From Lama glama (lineage: Eukaryota), in the NCBI GenBank assembly GCA_028534125.1, contig CM052817.1:11286001-11350000 (forward strand): a stretch of 64,000 nucleotides of DNA, read 5' to 3'. Both the position numbers and the translations under genes were made by a program. Shown here in pieces: positions 1-12,469 of the stretch. The notes below the pieces were generated by a model. It was not told where the DNA came from. It ran no database searches and saw nothing but the letters and a program-made list of their open reading frames with translations. Numbering within the stretch: position 1 is the stretch's first letter; each line of letters opens with the position of its first letter.

Positions 1-1169
1 TCAGGAGCTCCAAACTCAACATGCCAAAACCAGAACTAACGATCTCCACACAACTTACCCTGCCCTGCTACTAACCAGCTGCGGGACCTCAGAGAAGCCT
101 CTTAGCTCCTTTAGTCTCCAGTGTGTGAACCGGGGGAATGACTGAGCCATCCCCAGGTCATTGCTAGCTCCAGGAATGGACTGGACTAAAACTTGCCCCG
201 TTTTATTAGTACTGAGTTAATTATGCGTTGTATTTTAAAGACAAGTCACCTTAAAAGACACTTATCCTATATATTTTTAAAAGCAGCACTATTTCATGAT
301 AATCTTAGCATCAGTCTAGCCATCAGTGATCATTTGTTCAATATCAGCAACTACAGGATATTTGGTAAAAATTTCAAATAGTCCATAATTGCTTTCAGTA
401 TGGGCTCGGCTGCCTCCCTGCAGCCGCCGCCAAGGAGCTGTCTGTTGCTGTGAAGATGATTTAGATGGTTGGGTTTTGGGGGGGAGGGTGCCAGGCTTTT
501 GTATCTGTTTCAGAAATGTGACAGGTGTAATTTTTTTCCAAGGCAAGAGGAAGAGATGGCTTTGACCTCTAGGGCCTGTTGAAGCATCTGCAGAAGGGTG
601 ACTTGTCATTTTTATTGCATAAGTGAGGGGGCTCCCACAGCGAAGCGAAAGGGGTGATAAATAAGATTCCTGGAGGCCGTTAAGTGGCACTTAGTGGGAG
701 GGGGCCCGGGTGACAGCTGTGCGCCGCTCAGTAGTCACAATCAGTCGCTCCTCTTCTCCGCGGCACCCTGCACTGCACGTTGGTGGTGGTGCTGGCCTTC
801 ATTTCCACTCTGCCCAGCTGTCTTACCTGATTTAAGGTAGTAAAAAAAACTCCCAGTAAACCAGATTATCAGGCATTGCTAGTTACATGTGAATTGTCCT
901 TTTAATTTTCAGAGAACTTAGAGTCTTAAAAGGCTTCTGGGAAATTGGGAAGCCTAAGCCATGGTCCTCCTTGAAAACCCTGGTTTACCAGCACCAGCTG
1001 TTGCATTTTTGCATAAGAGCCTGCGGGGCTTCCTGGAAGAAAGGCTTTTTCTCCAGGGGACCCTGGGACTTTGTGGACTCCTAAGATAGTAAACTGAAAG
1101 CTCTTCAAAGTCAATGTCCAGAGGTTGCTCCAGCCTTGAGTGGACAAGAACCTCGTCCTATGTCATTGG

Positions 1170-1390
1170 TTCTGTTCTCAACCAATGGGTTGGATGGCAC
1201 CTCCCCATCCCCAACCCCCATGGTAACATCTTGAGACATTGCCGGTTGTCACAGCTGGGAGAGGGCTCCTGGCATTTAGTGAGTAGAGCGAGGGATGCTG
1301 CTAAATGTCCTACAATGTGCAGCACAGCCTCTCACAACCAAGAATGATTCGGCCCCAGGTATCAGCAGTGCCCAGGCTGAGATGACCTGC
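1170..1390. mobile_element. MER20-like hAT-Charlie DNA transposon fossil
   Basis: Contains gagacatt..ggttgtcacagctggg..ctcctggcatttagtgagtagag..agggatgctgctaaatgtcctacaatg..aagaatgatt, matching the recalled MER20 consensus. Ends are approximate. Confidence 0.7.
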
Positions 1391-2039
1391 CCCAGCCTGA
1401 GGTAATGTCTGGGCTCCATCCTGGGCCCTGGTTGACCGTCAGCACAAAGCGAGCTCGGAGTGTTCTCTGAGCCCTCAAGTATTCTCTGACCTAGAAACCT
1501 CAGAAACAAGTAGCTTGTGTCCCCAGAGGAGAGACTATGAGGAAACCGAAAGCATGAGGCTGCCCTCAGGGTCCTCACCAGGATGGTTGAAAGCCAGAGG
1601 GGAGGGCTGTCTCCGCACCTCCAGGAAAGTAAGCTCAGTGAGTGACAGGAACATCAGCACCTGGGCAGGGGCAGCAGAGGAGCCCCCTTCCCAAGGAGGA
1701 AGGATGGAGAAGGCACTGGAAGCAGCAGCCAAGAGGCAGGAAAAGTCAACACGAAAACAGGTGCCCCATCTGGGACCCACAGGGAAAGAGAGGGCAGAAT
1801 TTGGTAAGGGTGGTTATCCAGGAACCCTTTTGTAACTAAGTAAACCTTGACTGGACTCCTGGGTGGCCTGGAGATACAAGGAATTTATTTCACTTTCTTT
1901 TTGCAGCAACCCTGAGGCAGATAGGTGGTAGGTGAGGTGGGCACTGTGCCTTTTGGATCAGGACAGGGAGTCCTGGGGGAAGTTCACAGGGTGGTCCAGG
2001 CAGTGGTAAGGCTGGAACCAGAGCCAAGTCTCCTGATGC

Positions 2040-2436
2040 TGTTATGGACTGAATTGTGTCCCCTCCCAAATTCCTATGCTGAAGCCCTACCCCACAAAGT
2101 GACTGTATTTGGAGAGAGAATCTTTAAGGAGGTAACTAAGTTTAAGTCATAAGGGTGGGTTTCTAATCAGATAGGACTGGTATCTTATAAGAAAGAGAAG
2201 AGACATCAAAGATGCCTGTCTCTTTCCACATGTTCACAGAAGAAAGGCCATGTCAGGATAGAGCGAGAGGGCCCTGTGCTGTCTACAAGCCAAGAAGAGA
2301 TCCCTCACCAAAAACCAACACTGTCGGCACCTTGATCTTGAACTTGGAGCCTCCAGAACTGTGAGAAGATAATTCTTGTTGTTTAAGACATCAGGTCTGT
2401 GGTATTTTGCTGTGGCAGCCTGAGCTGACTAATACA
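2040..2436 (+). mobile_element. MaLR (MLT1A/B-like) solo LTR
   Basis: Starts TGTTATGGACTGAATTGTGTCCCC and ends GCTGACTAATACA (TG...CA). Flanks gatgc (2035-2039) and gaagc (2437-2441) form a 5-bp TSD with one mismatch. Confidence 0.85.
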
Positions 2437-3977
2437 GAAGCCAACATGTGGCTCTCAGCACCACGCTCTCCCAACTCTGGCCCATCACTCTAGTGACACC
2501 CAGGCCACCAATGACCACTTATAATGACATTTTTTTAGGCCTCAAGCTGCCTTCCCTTTTTGCGCCAACCACAGTCAACACCCCCTCTTGAAGGCCTCTT
2601 CTCTAAGATGAAACACCACCTTCATCTGGGTCTCCTGGTGCTTCTCAGAAGGCTCTTTCTCACTCCCTTGTTTAGCAATCCTCAAGGTTTCGTTTTTGAC
2701 AACATTTTCTTACTCTGCAAATTCTCCCTGGGAAAGCTGCCAAGAGACCTATTTCCATGAGGATCTTGGATTGTATGCTCCAAGCCAATGAGTACGTACC
2801 CAGCCTAGAATCAGCTAGTACTAAATATTTGCTGAGTGAATGAGTGAGTAAACAAAGAAACAACTATCCCCTATGAGTTGATAATTCCTAAAACCGAATC
2901 TCCGGTCATGATATCTTTTCTGAGCTCCAGCCCCGCTGTCTTCATCAGGGACTGTCCACAATAACGCTGCATAACAAACTACCCCCCAAACTCAATGACG
3001 TATAACAAGAAGCATTTATTCTCATGGAGGGTGACTGTGGTTGGCCTTGGCTGAGTGGATCTGCCCTGGGTTTTAGGTGTCATATCATCCGGGCTTGGCT
3101 CCAGGCTGTGAGCTGGATTCAGGTCTGCTCACAAGCACCAGGCTGCAGAGGCCAATCAGTACATGCTTTTTTCATGGCAATCGCCAAGGAGAAGCCCACC
3201 GTCAATGGAAGGAGGACAGAATCTCTGTTCATGGGGTAGAGGACAGGAATGAGTGAATATTTACTGAACAATAATCCAAACATCCATACTAGCACAACTA
3301 TATATACATCAAGTGTCCTACAAGACATCTCCTCCTCGGATGTCTTAATAAGCTCCTTAAATTCTCCGTGTTGTCTGCTAAGAACCTGGCACTCTGCCAA
3401 CTCCCTCCTTCTGTAGAGTTGAGTTTTCTTGTCATATCCTATGAGCAGGGGGACAGAAACGCACTCTGACTGCCAGCTCCCCTGAATCCTGAATTGTCCA
3501 CCTTCTGGAACCCCTCACTGCCCTGGCTCACAGAGCTGAACAGCTCTCCCAGGCAGATGTGTGTCTGATTCACCCCTGTGTTTCCTGTGCTTTTCGGACA
3601 CCGTGTCCCTGGCTACTCTCAAAGGGACATTCGTTTCCCAGCTCCCATCTGTTCAGCACAGGCTCCTCCCCTGCCTGCCAACCTCAGCTTCCAAGGGCCC
3701 GCCACGCCCAGGGCTTCAGCTTGCCTAAGTCACCATGAGGAGACTGGACACTGGACAGTCATTTCGAGCACTCACCTCCTGCACTGGAAACAAACTTTCT
3801 TATACCAGCTCTTCTCTGGGGACAGTGCCTACTGGACTTGGCTATAAGCCATCATTCGTGGACCTGACATTAGGACCCCACAAAGGGGAAGGAGGTCAGT
3901 GAACGAGTTACCCATTAACTGTTGCTTTCCTGACGGCCTGGTTTAGATGACATTCAGAGTGTGCACGTGTGCATGAG

Positions 3978-4010
3978 CGCACACACACACGCACACGCAC
4001 ACATACACAC
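3978..4010. repeat. Imperfect (CA)n microsatellite
   Basis: Direct reading: cgcacacacacacgcacacgcacacatacacac. Confidence 0.85.
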
Positions 4011-5807
4011 AACTGATACTCAGCTCTAATCTCCCTGTTCTTATTTATTTAGGCTGTCGCTAGACAATTTGATAGGCTTCCGCAGGACAAATGGGCCCTG
4101 CTCCAGGGGCCTGAGGACAGGAATAGCAAGTCTGGACAGACGCACTTTGGCAGCGCCAAGAGGAAGAGCTCCACAAAGATGAATGTCACCGTGTTGTTGG
4201 CTCCTGCCTGCTGTATTAATTTCTCCCTTAAAAGAAAGCTGACCCATTTTTTTCCAGCCCACAGCCCTAATGGACTCTTATTCAGACACCATCCTTCTCC
4301 CACATAAAGGGCTGTGTTGTATTTAATGATAAGCCTTTTAATGGAATTTGCTATTTCTAGGTCTCTAGGAAAAGATCATTAATGAGCTTGCAAGGGCAAG
4401 GAAAAGCAGGTGTTCGAGAGGCATATTTCTCAAGGGCACACTACCCTAGAGGGAAAATGGACAAAAATCAGAAACAGGTTCTTTTTCACTTTCTTAAAGC
4501 TGATTTGGCTTAACTGAAAATGTGATTTTGATGAACTGTGTTTTCAAAATATGAAGCTATCACTCCTAACGCTACCCACCCTCCACATCCTATCTGCATG
4601 ATCCTTACTCTACCCCAAAATGCTTCTGTAATCCTAATCATAGAGAAATCATCAGCAGGGTGCAAAACGAGACCAAGACACATGGGTCAACTAAGCAGGC
4701 TCACATCTGTCACTCTTTCAAACCTCTAATTGGCCAATGCCCATTTAAGTGACTGAAGGCAACACGAGGGGAAGGATGGAGCAGAACTGCGGAAGGGAGA
4801 TGACTCTTTTACTGCCTGGAGAAAGTCAGCTCTGGCCCCAAACTTGCCTATTTAGTTGGTAAAACTAAAGCCTTGAGGTTAACCAGCAGTGCCCTCCTTC
4901 ACAAAGCAGTTTATTGTTCATCACATAATTTAACAAGCTCTTCCAAGTCACACCTGCAACTGGAAACAGCCAGTGAGGCATGTGCAATACTTCTCTCAAG
5001 AAGGTTCTGCCATTTTAGCTTCCCTCTGCATTTCCCGTGATGTGCCGGCACCTAGTGATGTGTTAGCAGCCCTTATAGATGGGAGTTTTGCTGGTGCAGC
5101 CACCCTTTAATATGTCTCCTACTGGCACCCTCTGTGTCCTGGCATTAATGAAGGTGCTAAAGATGTATAGAAAAGGCATAAGCGAGGTCCTTGTCATCAA
5201 AGGTTTGACAGTTCAGAGTAATCCAACTCATATTACTGAATATTACTGAGAGCAGGGCACTGTGCTAGAAGCTGTTGGAAGTTCAAACATGAGGAAGGCA
5301 AAACAGAGAGTCCTGATGGTCCTAAAGGCTTTCTCATACTTTAGTCCACAGCATCGCTTGAGCTTGTTTAAAAGGCAAATTCTCCAGCCTCACCCATGAT
5401 CAACTGAGAAATGATGCAGGTGGACCTCACCATTTGTGTTTAATACTAACATTTGAACAGCACTGGCCTAAAGAGCTTCTAGAGAAGTAGAAGAAATAAG
5501 ACAGACACACAGTCTCTCTGACACCAGACGAAGCAAGCAGATTCGGGGCCAGGCAACGGACCTGGACCCATCATAGAGACCAAAGGCCAACAACCTGCTG
5601 CAGTGATTTTAGAATCAGGCTAAAGTCACAGTCACCAACGGAGTCTTTAAAATGCGTAATTGCCTGAGCCCCACCCAAAGGTTTTAATAAACTGGTCTCA
5701 ATTTTTGTTAAAAATGCTCCCTAGTTGATTCTGACAACTATTGCAGGGGTCTGAGGAGGAAGAAGCCTTCAGCAATGGTGAAGAGGATACTGTGAAAGTT
5801 AGTCAGT

Positions 5808-8290
5808 GGATTCATTTCCCCCGGCTGCCATAACTAATCACCACAAACATGTGGCTTAAAACAACAGAACTTTATTAATGGTAAAAAAACTTTTAGCTTT
5901 TCCTCTATGATCAGGAACAAGACAAGGATGCCCACTCTCGCTACCTTTATTCAACATAGTACTGGAAGTCTTAGCCATTAGCAATTAGGCAGAAAAAAGA
6001 AAAGGCCTCCAAATCAGAAAGGGAGAAATAAAACTATCACTGTTTGTAGATGATATAATACCACACATAAAAAAACCCTAAAGACGCTACCAAAAAACTG
6101 TTAGAACTAATACATAAATTCAGTAAAGTCACAGATCAATACACGGAAATCTGTGGCATTTCTGTGCACTAATAACAACCAACAGAAAGAGAAATTAAGA
6201 AAATGATCCTATTTACAATTGCATCAAAAAGAATAAAATACCTAGGAATAAAGTTAACCATGGAGGTTAAAGACTTGTACAATGAAAACTGTAAGAACTG
6301 ACAAACTGAAGAAGACACAAATAAATGGAAAGATATTCCATGTTCATGGATTGGAAGAATTAATATTGTTACTATCATATCCATACTACCCAAAGCAAAC
6401 TACAGATTCAATGCAATACCTGTCAAAATTGCTATGGTATGTTGCACAGAACAATAATAAATAGTTCTAAAATTATATGGAAACACAAAAGATCCCAAAT
6501 AGCAAAATAACCTTGAGAAAGAAGAACAAAGCTGGAAGTATCATACTCCTTGATTTAAAACTATACTACAAAACTGTGGTAATCAAAACATATGGTACTG
6601 GCACAAAAACAGACACACAGATCAATGGAACACAATTGAGAGCCCATAAATTAACCTACACATCTTTGGACAATTAATTTACAACAAAGGAGCAAAGAAT
6701 AGATGGTGAAGAAAGGACAGCCTCTTCAATAAATGGTGTTGGGAAAACTGGACAACCACAGTGAAAAGAATGAAACTAGACACTACCTTACACCACACAC
6801 AATTATGAAGTCAAAATAGATGAAAGCCTTGAATGCAAGACCTGAAACCATAAAATTCCTAGAAGAAAACATAGATGGTAACCTCACTGACATGAGTCTT
6901 AGTGATGTTTTTGTGGCTGTGACTCCAAAGACAAGGGAAACAAAAGCAAAAATGAATAAATGGAACTACATTAAACTAAAAGGCTTCTGCACAGCAAAGG
7001 AAACCATTATCAAAACGAAAAGGCAATGAACTGGATGGGAGAAGATATTTGCAAATCATATATCTGATAAGGAATTAATATCCAAAATATACAAAGAACT
7101 CATGCAAGTCAACAACAAAAAGACCAACCATCTGATTAAAAAATGGGCAGGGTTAAAAATGGGCAGTGGCTCTAAATATATATTTTTCCAAAGAAGACAT
7201 ACAGGTGGCCAAGAGGCACATGAAAAGATGTTGAGCGTCACTAATTACTAGAGAAATGTAAATCAAAATCACAATGAGATATCATCTCACACCTGTTAGA
7301 ATGGCTATTACTGAAAAGACAAGAAATAAATACTGGTGACGATATGGAGAAAACATGTTGATGGGACTGTAAATTAGTGCAGCTACTATGGAAAACAGTA
7401 GGACAGTCCTTGAAAAATTAAGAATAAAACTACTATATGACCCACTTCTGGGTGTTTATTCAGAGAACATGAAACCGCTAATCTGCAGCATTGTTTACAA
7501 CAGCCAACATACAGAACAACCTAAGTATCCATCAGTGAATGAATGCATAAGGATATGGTATAGATATACACACAGTGGAATACTACTCAGCCATAAAAAG
7601 AATGAAATCCTGCCATTTGGGACAACATAGATAGACCTGAAGGTAGTATGCTAAGTGAAATAAATCAGATGGAGAAAGACAAATATTTTACAATTCAGCC
7701 ACATATGCAATCTAAAAACACAAAACAAATGAACAAGCAAAACAAAACAAAAACAAACTCATAGGCATGGAGAACAGATAGGTGGTTACCAAAGGAGAAG
7801 GTGGGTTGGGGAGTGGTGAAATGGGTGAAGGAGGTCAACTTAGGGTGATGGATAGCAACTATCCTTGTGGTGGTGATCACTTGGTAATGTCCACAGATGT
7901 CGAATTACAATGCTGCACACCTGAAACTTATTAAAGGAAAACAGAACTTTGTTTTTTCGCAGTCCTGGAGGTCAGAAGTTCAAGATCAGGGTGACTTCAG
8001 GGCCACACTCCCTGCTGTCACTTCCAGCTTTTTGTGGTTCCAGGTGCTGTTTGGCTTGTGGCTGCATTACTCCCACCTCTGCCTCCATCTTCACGTGGCC
8101 GTTGCCTCTTCTGTCTCAAAGTACCCTCTCCTTTCTCTTAAAAGGATACTTGTCATTGGATTTAGGGACCACTCAGAGAATACAGAATAATCTCATTTCA
8201 ATATGCTTAACTTAATCTGCAGAGAACCCTTTTCCAAATAAAGTAGCATTCACAGGTTCCAGGGTTCTGATATCTACTGGAAGGCTATTC
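5808..8290 (-). mobile_element. MaLR (MLT1B/C-like) LTR split by an L1 insertion
   Basis: Left half ggctgccataactaatcaccacaaac..ggcttaaaacaacagaacttt resumes at 7940 with aacagaacttt..cagtcctggaggtcagaagttcaagatcaggg..cattggatttagggaccac..ttccaaataaagtagcattcacagg. Confidence 0.75.
5877..7939 (+). mobile_element. 5'-truncated LINE-1 (ORF2 RT end, C-terminus, 3' UTR), decayed
   Basis: L1 ORF2 motifs TRQGCPLS (5917-5940) and LFVDDII (6040-6060). ORF-track fragments such as KKNKAGSIILLDLKLYYKTVVIKT and [20 protein letters not shown] aacagaacttt(a/g)tt at 5863-5876 and 7940-7953. Confidence 0.95.
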
Positions 8291-9734
8291 CATGGTCGAC
8301 CAGGGCTACCATCAACTGAAGACAGCATCTGCCAAGTGCACAGTTAGCACAAAGCTGTAAAAGATGGAATAATCTCTTGAACTTGCATTTTAAGATACCT
8401 CGTGGGCAGGCATTTGAGCCTGAAGTTCAAGGGGGAAAGCTATGTGATAGCTGGTCGGCATTCAGCAGGCAGGGACATATCTTTTCAGGAGCTCTGCATC
8501 CCCCATTCTGTCTCAGGAGGTTGGGAACAACATGATTCCTGGTGATGACATCAAAGAGTCACACATAGTCTTTCCGCTTCATGTTCTGAAGGTTCCACAG
8601 TGAAGAAAAAGACCCTCATGAGACAAGAGACAAGACAGGGAGAATTGCTGGTGTGCCCTGGGTTCCTGCAGACCCCCGAGCTGTGAGAGAGCTGCTTGTC
8701 TTTCTAGTGCCTTTAGCAACCAGGGAGCATTTACCAGGTATATTGTCTTACCCTGGAGGCTGAGAATACAGTGAGTAACTTTAAGTAGGCCCATTAAACA
8801 GTTATAATGTGAACTGACAGCCTGGGCTTGTTATCTCACCACTGCGGCTGGAAAGTAATTACGCCATTGTCTCTGTTAAGTGCTGCGCCCTTGGAACTGT
8901 TCAAGTGTTGGCATTATAGGAGAAAAGAGTTGTAAATGCCTTTCAAAACATGGCAAGCTTCGTAGTTAATAAGTAAGGACCTCTGTACATCTTGTCTATT
9001 AGATTGTTTTTAACTAATCGACAAATACTCCTCTCTCCAGGTCTCTTCCAGTCTAACTGACATTCTTTCTCAGGTGTCTGACTATAATAAAGGTGAGTTC
9101 TGCTCATAGAGATCTACCTCCAGGAAATAATCTAGCAAGAGTGCAGTGACAGAGTCTCAAGAATGTCCATCACAATATGATTATAATACTGAGAAACTGG
9201 AATCAACCAAAATATCCAGTAATAACCCACCTATCACAGGGAGTCTTTCTTGACCCTCAGATTGTTCAATGTTTTCATACTTCTTGCTTGGGTAGCATGT
9301 CAAAATTGTATTTCAATTTTTGTATAAAAACAGTAGAAGCTCTTTTAAGCAGTCTCCATTCAATCACCATGTGGATAACTTAATACTCTTCATCCTTCCT
9401 CTGGAAAGCCACCACACTTCTGCTCATACTAATCCTCACTTGTTACAACTTTATGCCAGTTGTATTTGCTATTTTAAGTATGTAATTTAACAACACACTG
9501 AGTCAGTTACATATGAATGTAAAGAGTATGATGTTCCTGTGAAAACTGGACTGAATGCTTTGAAAAGACTCAATGAAGGCAAGTTGCTAGAGAAAAAAAC
9601 CTGGTATTCAATTAGGTGTGACAGAAGTGAAAAGTTTCAAAAGTTTAGAAGTATTCTGAATTCCGACTGTTTCACATGTGTTTTAGATTCTCATTCTCCA
9701 CTTTAGAGACGCCAAAATGATAACGCATTATGGG

Positions 9735-9870
9735 CAGGTTAACCTCACATCCCGGTCAGGCTGGGACAGGTCCTGTTTACATCTGTTGTTTCAGTGCCTC
9801 TCTGGTTTTGTTGCCCCCTTTCATTCTCAGAAGTGTCCCAGTTTGAATGATAAATTAAAAGATCACTCTA
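9735..9870 (+). mobile_element. MER94-like hAT-Blackjack MITE
   Basis: gggacaggtcctgtttacatctgttg..cccctttcattctcagaagtgtcccagtttgaatgataaatt..gatcactcta matches the recalled MER94 consensus. Confidence 0.7.
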
Positions 9871-9994
9871 ACTAGGGTCTAATTTATGCAAGACAAATAA
9901 AGTGAAATGTCAATTAGCAAGCCGTCCCAAAGAACTGAAACTGAGCCTCACATGAAAAGATTAGTGAATAAGTGTTCATCCACATGCTTTACAC

Positions 9995-10501
9995 TACGGG
10001 TCCTCAAAATTTTTCCATAAAGGGCCAACAGTAATTATTTTAGGCTTTAGTTGGTCTCTGTCACAATTATTCAAATCTGCCATTTTACCACGAAAGCTAC
10101 ACTAGACAATCTCTAAATGAATGTGCATGACTGTATTCAATAAAACTTTATTTTGGACACTAAATTTGAATTTCATATACTTTTCATGTGTCACCAAATA
10201 TTGTTCTTATGTTTTTCAAGAACTTAAAAATCTAAAAACCATCCTTGAGGGGAGGGTATAGCTCAGAGGTAGAGTGTATGCTTAGCACGTACAAGGTCCT
10301 GAGTTCAATCCCCAGTACCTCCTCTAAAAAATAAAATAAAATAAAAAATTAATTAAAAATACATAAAGAATCCTAATTATCACCCCCCACCCCCCAAAAA
10401 AACCAAAACCAAAAACAAAATAAAAACCATCCTTAACTCACAAGCCATACAAAAATGAGCTGTGGGCTGATCTGACCTGGAGCACCGTTTGCTGACTCCT
10501 G
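9995..10501 (+). mobile_element. MER58B-like hAT-Charlie element split by a SINE
   Basis: taaagggcca..aataaaactttattttggacactaaatttgaatttcatat..[SINE]..gtttgctgactcctg. Homologous to the copy at 51759-52073. Confidence 0.75.
10247..10420 (+). mobile_element. tRNA-Ala-derived SINE (camelid type)
   Basis: Head ggggagggtatagctcagaggtagag..gcttagc..gagttcaatccccagtacctcc, then an A-rich tail. Perfect 14-bp TSD taaaaaccatcctt (10233-10246, 10421-10434). Confidence 0.93.
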
Positions 10502-10627
10502 TTATAAGCTAAAAAAAAGGTTATGTATGTGTTAGGGCTTTTCTTTTACAGTTTTCACTTTTCAATTATTGACAATGCTCACACGACATTGAATAGGAGG
10601 TCTTCTATTATATTCACACTTCTTTCT

Positions 10628-10842
10628 TGAAGTGTAGTTGATTTACACGGCTAATTTCAGGTGTACAGCAAAGTGATTTGGTTATACATATACATACATA
10701 CACATACATTTTCTTTTCAGATGCTTTTCCATTATATGTTATTACAAGAAATCATTTATTTTTAATGGAGGTACTGGGGATTGAACCCAGGGCCTCGTGC
10801 ATGCTAAGCACCTGCTCTACCACTGAGCTATACCTTCCCCTC
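10628..10842 (-). mobile_element. Chimeric insertion: tRNA-derived SINE head joined to an L1 3' end
   Basis: The minus strand reads SINE head, then L1-tail sequence (..cactttgctgtacacctgaaa..gtaaatcaactacacttca). One TSD ta(t/c)tcacacttctttct at 10611-10627 and 10843-10859. Confidence 0.8.
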
Positions 10843-11594
10843 TACTCACACTTCTTTCTACTTCTCATGCCTGTAAGGTCCATGAGATAAGGGATCTTAC
10901 CTGGCATATGAAGGCACTCGTAAAAGTTTCTTACATGAAAGAAGTTAAGTTATGCAATACTTATAAAATGGAGGACTCACATAACCATTAAAAGTTATAT
11001 TGGAGGGCTCCAGATTTACTGTGGAGGGGAAAAAACACAGGTAGTACAATAACTATATATGGTATAACTGTTTTTTAAAATACACGTCTATATTGTACAG
11101 GAAATTACAGAGCAGGCTATACCAAAATGTTATTAGTTTTTATATCGCTATGGTTATTATAGGTTTGGGGATACTTTGAACTCTTTTTCTTTTTGCGTAC
11201 CTATATTTTTTATTTTTCTAAAACGGTTACATTTTCTATATATGACTGGTCACTGATGTTTTTATTTTATTTCATAATTCTGGTGTCCTGAAGGAATCTG
11301 GATTTGACCAAATGGAGGTACCAAGTTTGGTCCAACCCTCTGTCAGTGGTCAGGGGCTGGGAGTGACTCAGTCAGATGTCGGCCCATGAAGGACTAGGGG
11401 GAAGTCCACTTATTTGTCAGATATAGCCGGTTCTCCATTGTGCTCAGAAAACTAGAAATTGGAGGCTAGTGCCTCCTGAGTTCTGGCCTTGAGAATGGTG
11501 CCTCCCCACTCTCCCATGGGACGACCGTATGTAGGCTGTGGTTCGAACGTGATATTTTATCCTAGGAGCTGCAGGAGGTCTAGGAAGAGTTTTG

Positions 11595-12280
11595 TTCATT
11601 TAGTCCATCGACAAACACTTGCTGGGCACCGATCACTAACCAGGTGCTGTGCCAGGCACAGGGGTATAAGAGAGAAGAGCACAAAGAAATCCCTGCTCTC
11701 AAGGAACTTCCTTGGTTGGGAGGAAAAGCAATAAACAGATAAACAGATGGGAAAAACAGAAATAGCAGATGGAACTGAGGGCACCTAGGAGAGGGCCGGG
11801 CAGCAGCATGGTCTAGATGAGCAGCGAGGCCCCCTCTTAAGAGACATCTGAGTCAAGCCAGGATCAGGTAGAAGAAACCATGAGTTCAAAGGCTCCAAGT
11901 GGCCCCAGCCAGGTACCTCTGAAGGCCTGAAAGAAGGCCAGTGTGGCCAAGGAGATGACATCGAGAAGTGAACAGCAGCCATCTCAAGTGACCATGATAA
12001 AGAATTTATCTTAGGTGAACAGATTTGAGTCCGAGTGAAATGAGAAGCCATTGGTGGGTTTGAAACAGAAGAATGGGATGCTTTGGTTTATATTGTATAA
12101 GATAATTCTCGCGGCTGTGAGAGTGGGCAAGGGTGGACCACGAGGAGGCCACAGGAGGGACTGGGGGCTGGAGGTGAAGGTGGCTTGGACTAGGATGGAG
12201 GTGAACGTGGAGAATGGAGGAGGCTGGACTTGCTATGTTTACGGGGTAAAGTCATCAGGACTTGCTTTAGAACTGGATTT
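11595..12280 (-). mobile_element. L2 fragment
   Basis: Reverse-complement L2 3'-end pattern (catt..caaacacttgctgggcacc..tgtgccaggcac) followed by the purine-rich antisense L2 body. Confidence 0.6.
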
Positions 12281-12296
12281 AAACAGGAGAAAGAGC

Positions 12297-12436
12297 AGGG
12301 GGAGGGTTTAGCTCAAGTGGTAGAGTGCACGCTTAGCATGCACAAGGTCCTGGGTTCAACCACCAGCACCTCCATCGAAAGACTAATGAAATAAATGAAA
12401 TTAATTACCTTCCCCCTGCAAAAATGAATAAGTAAA
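12297..12436 (+). mobile_element. tRNA-Ala-derived SINE (camelid type)
   Basis: ggggagggtttagctcaagtggtagagtgcacgcttagcatgcacaaggtcctgggttcaa. Flanking repeat taaacaggagaaa at 12280-12292 and 12437-12449. Confidence 0.9.
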
Positions 12437-12469
12437 TAAACAGGAGAAAATTCAATTTGCTTTTGTTTC

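Larger units (their letters stand above)
9331..10610 (+). mobile_element. Ancient Tigger/pogo-like DNA transposon remnant hosting nested insertions
   Basis: Begins cagtagaagctctt and ends ggaggtcttctatt (degenerate TIR pair). Decayed CENP-B-HTH-like peptide KTGLNALKRLNEGK near 9540-9585. Family uncertain. Confidence 0.45.

Noticed and set aside
6169..7880. ORF cluster as host genes or an active L1
   Set aside because: Frameshifted, stop-interrupted pieces of a 5'-truncated L1 ORF2.
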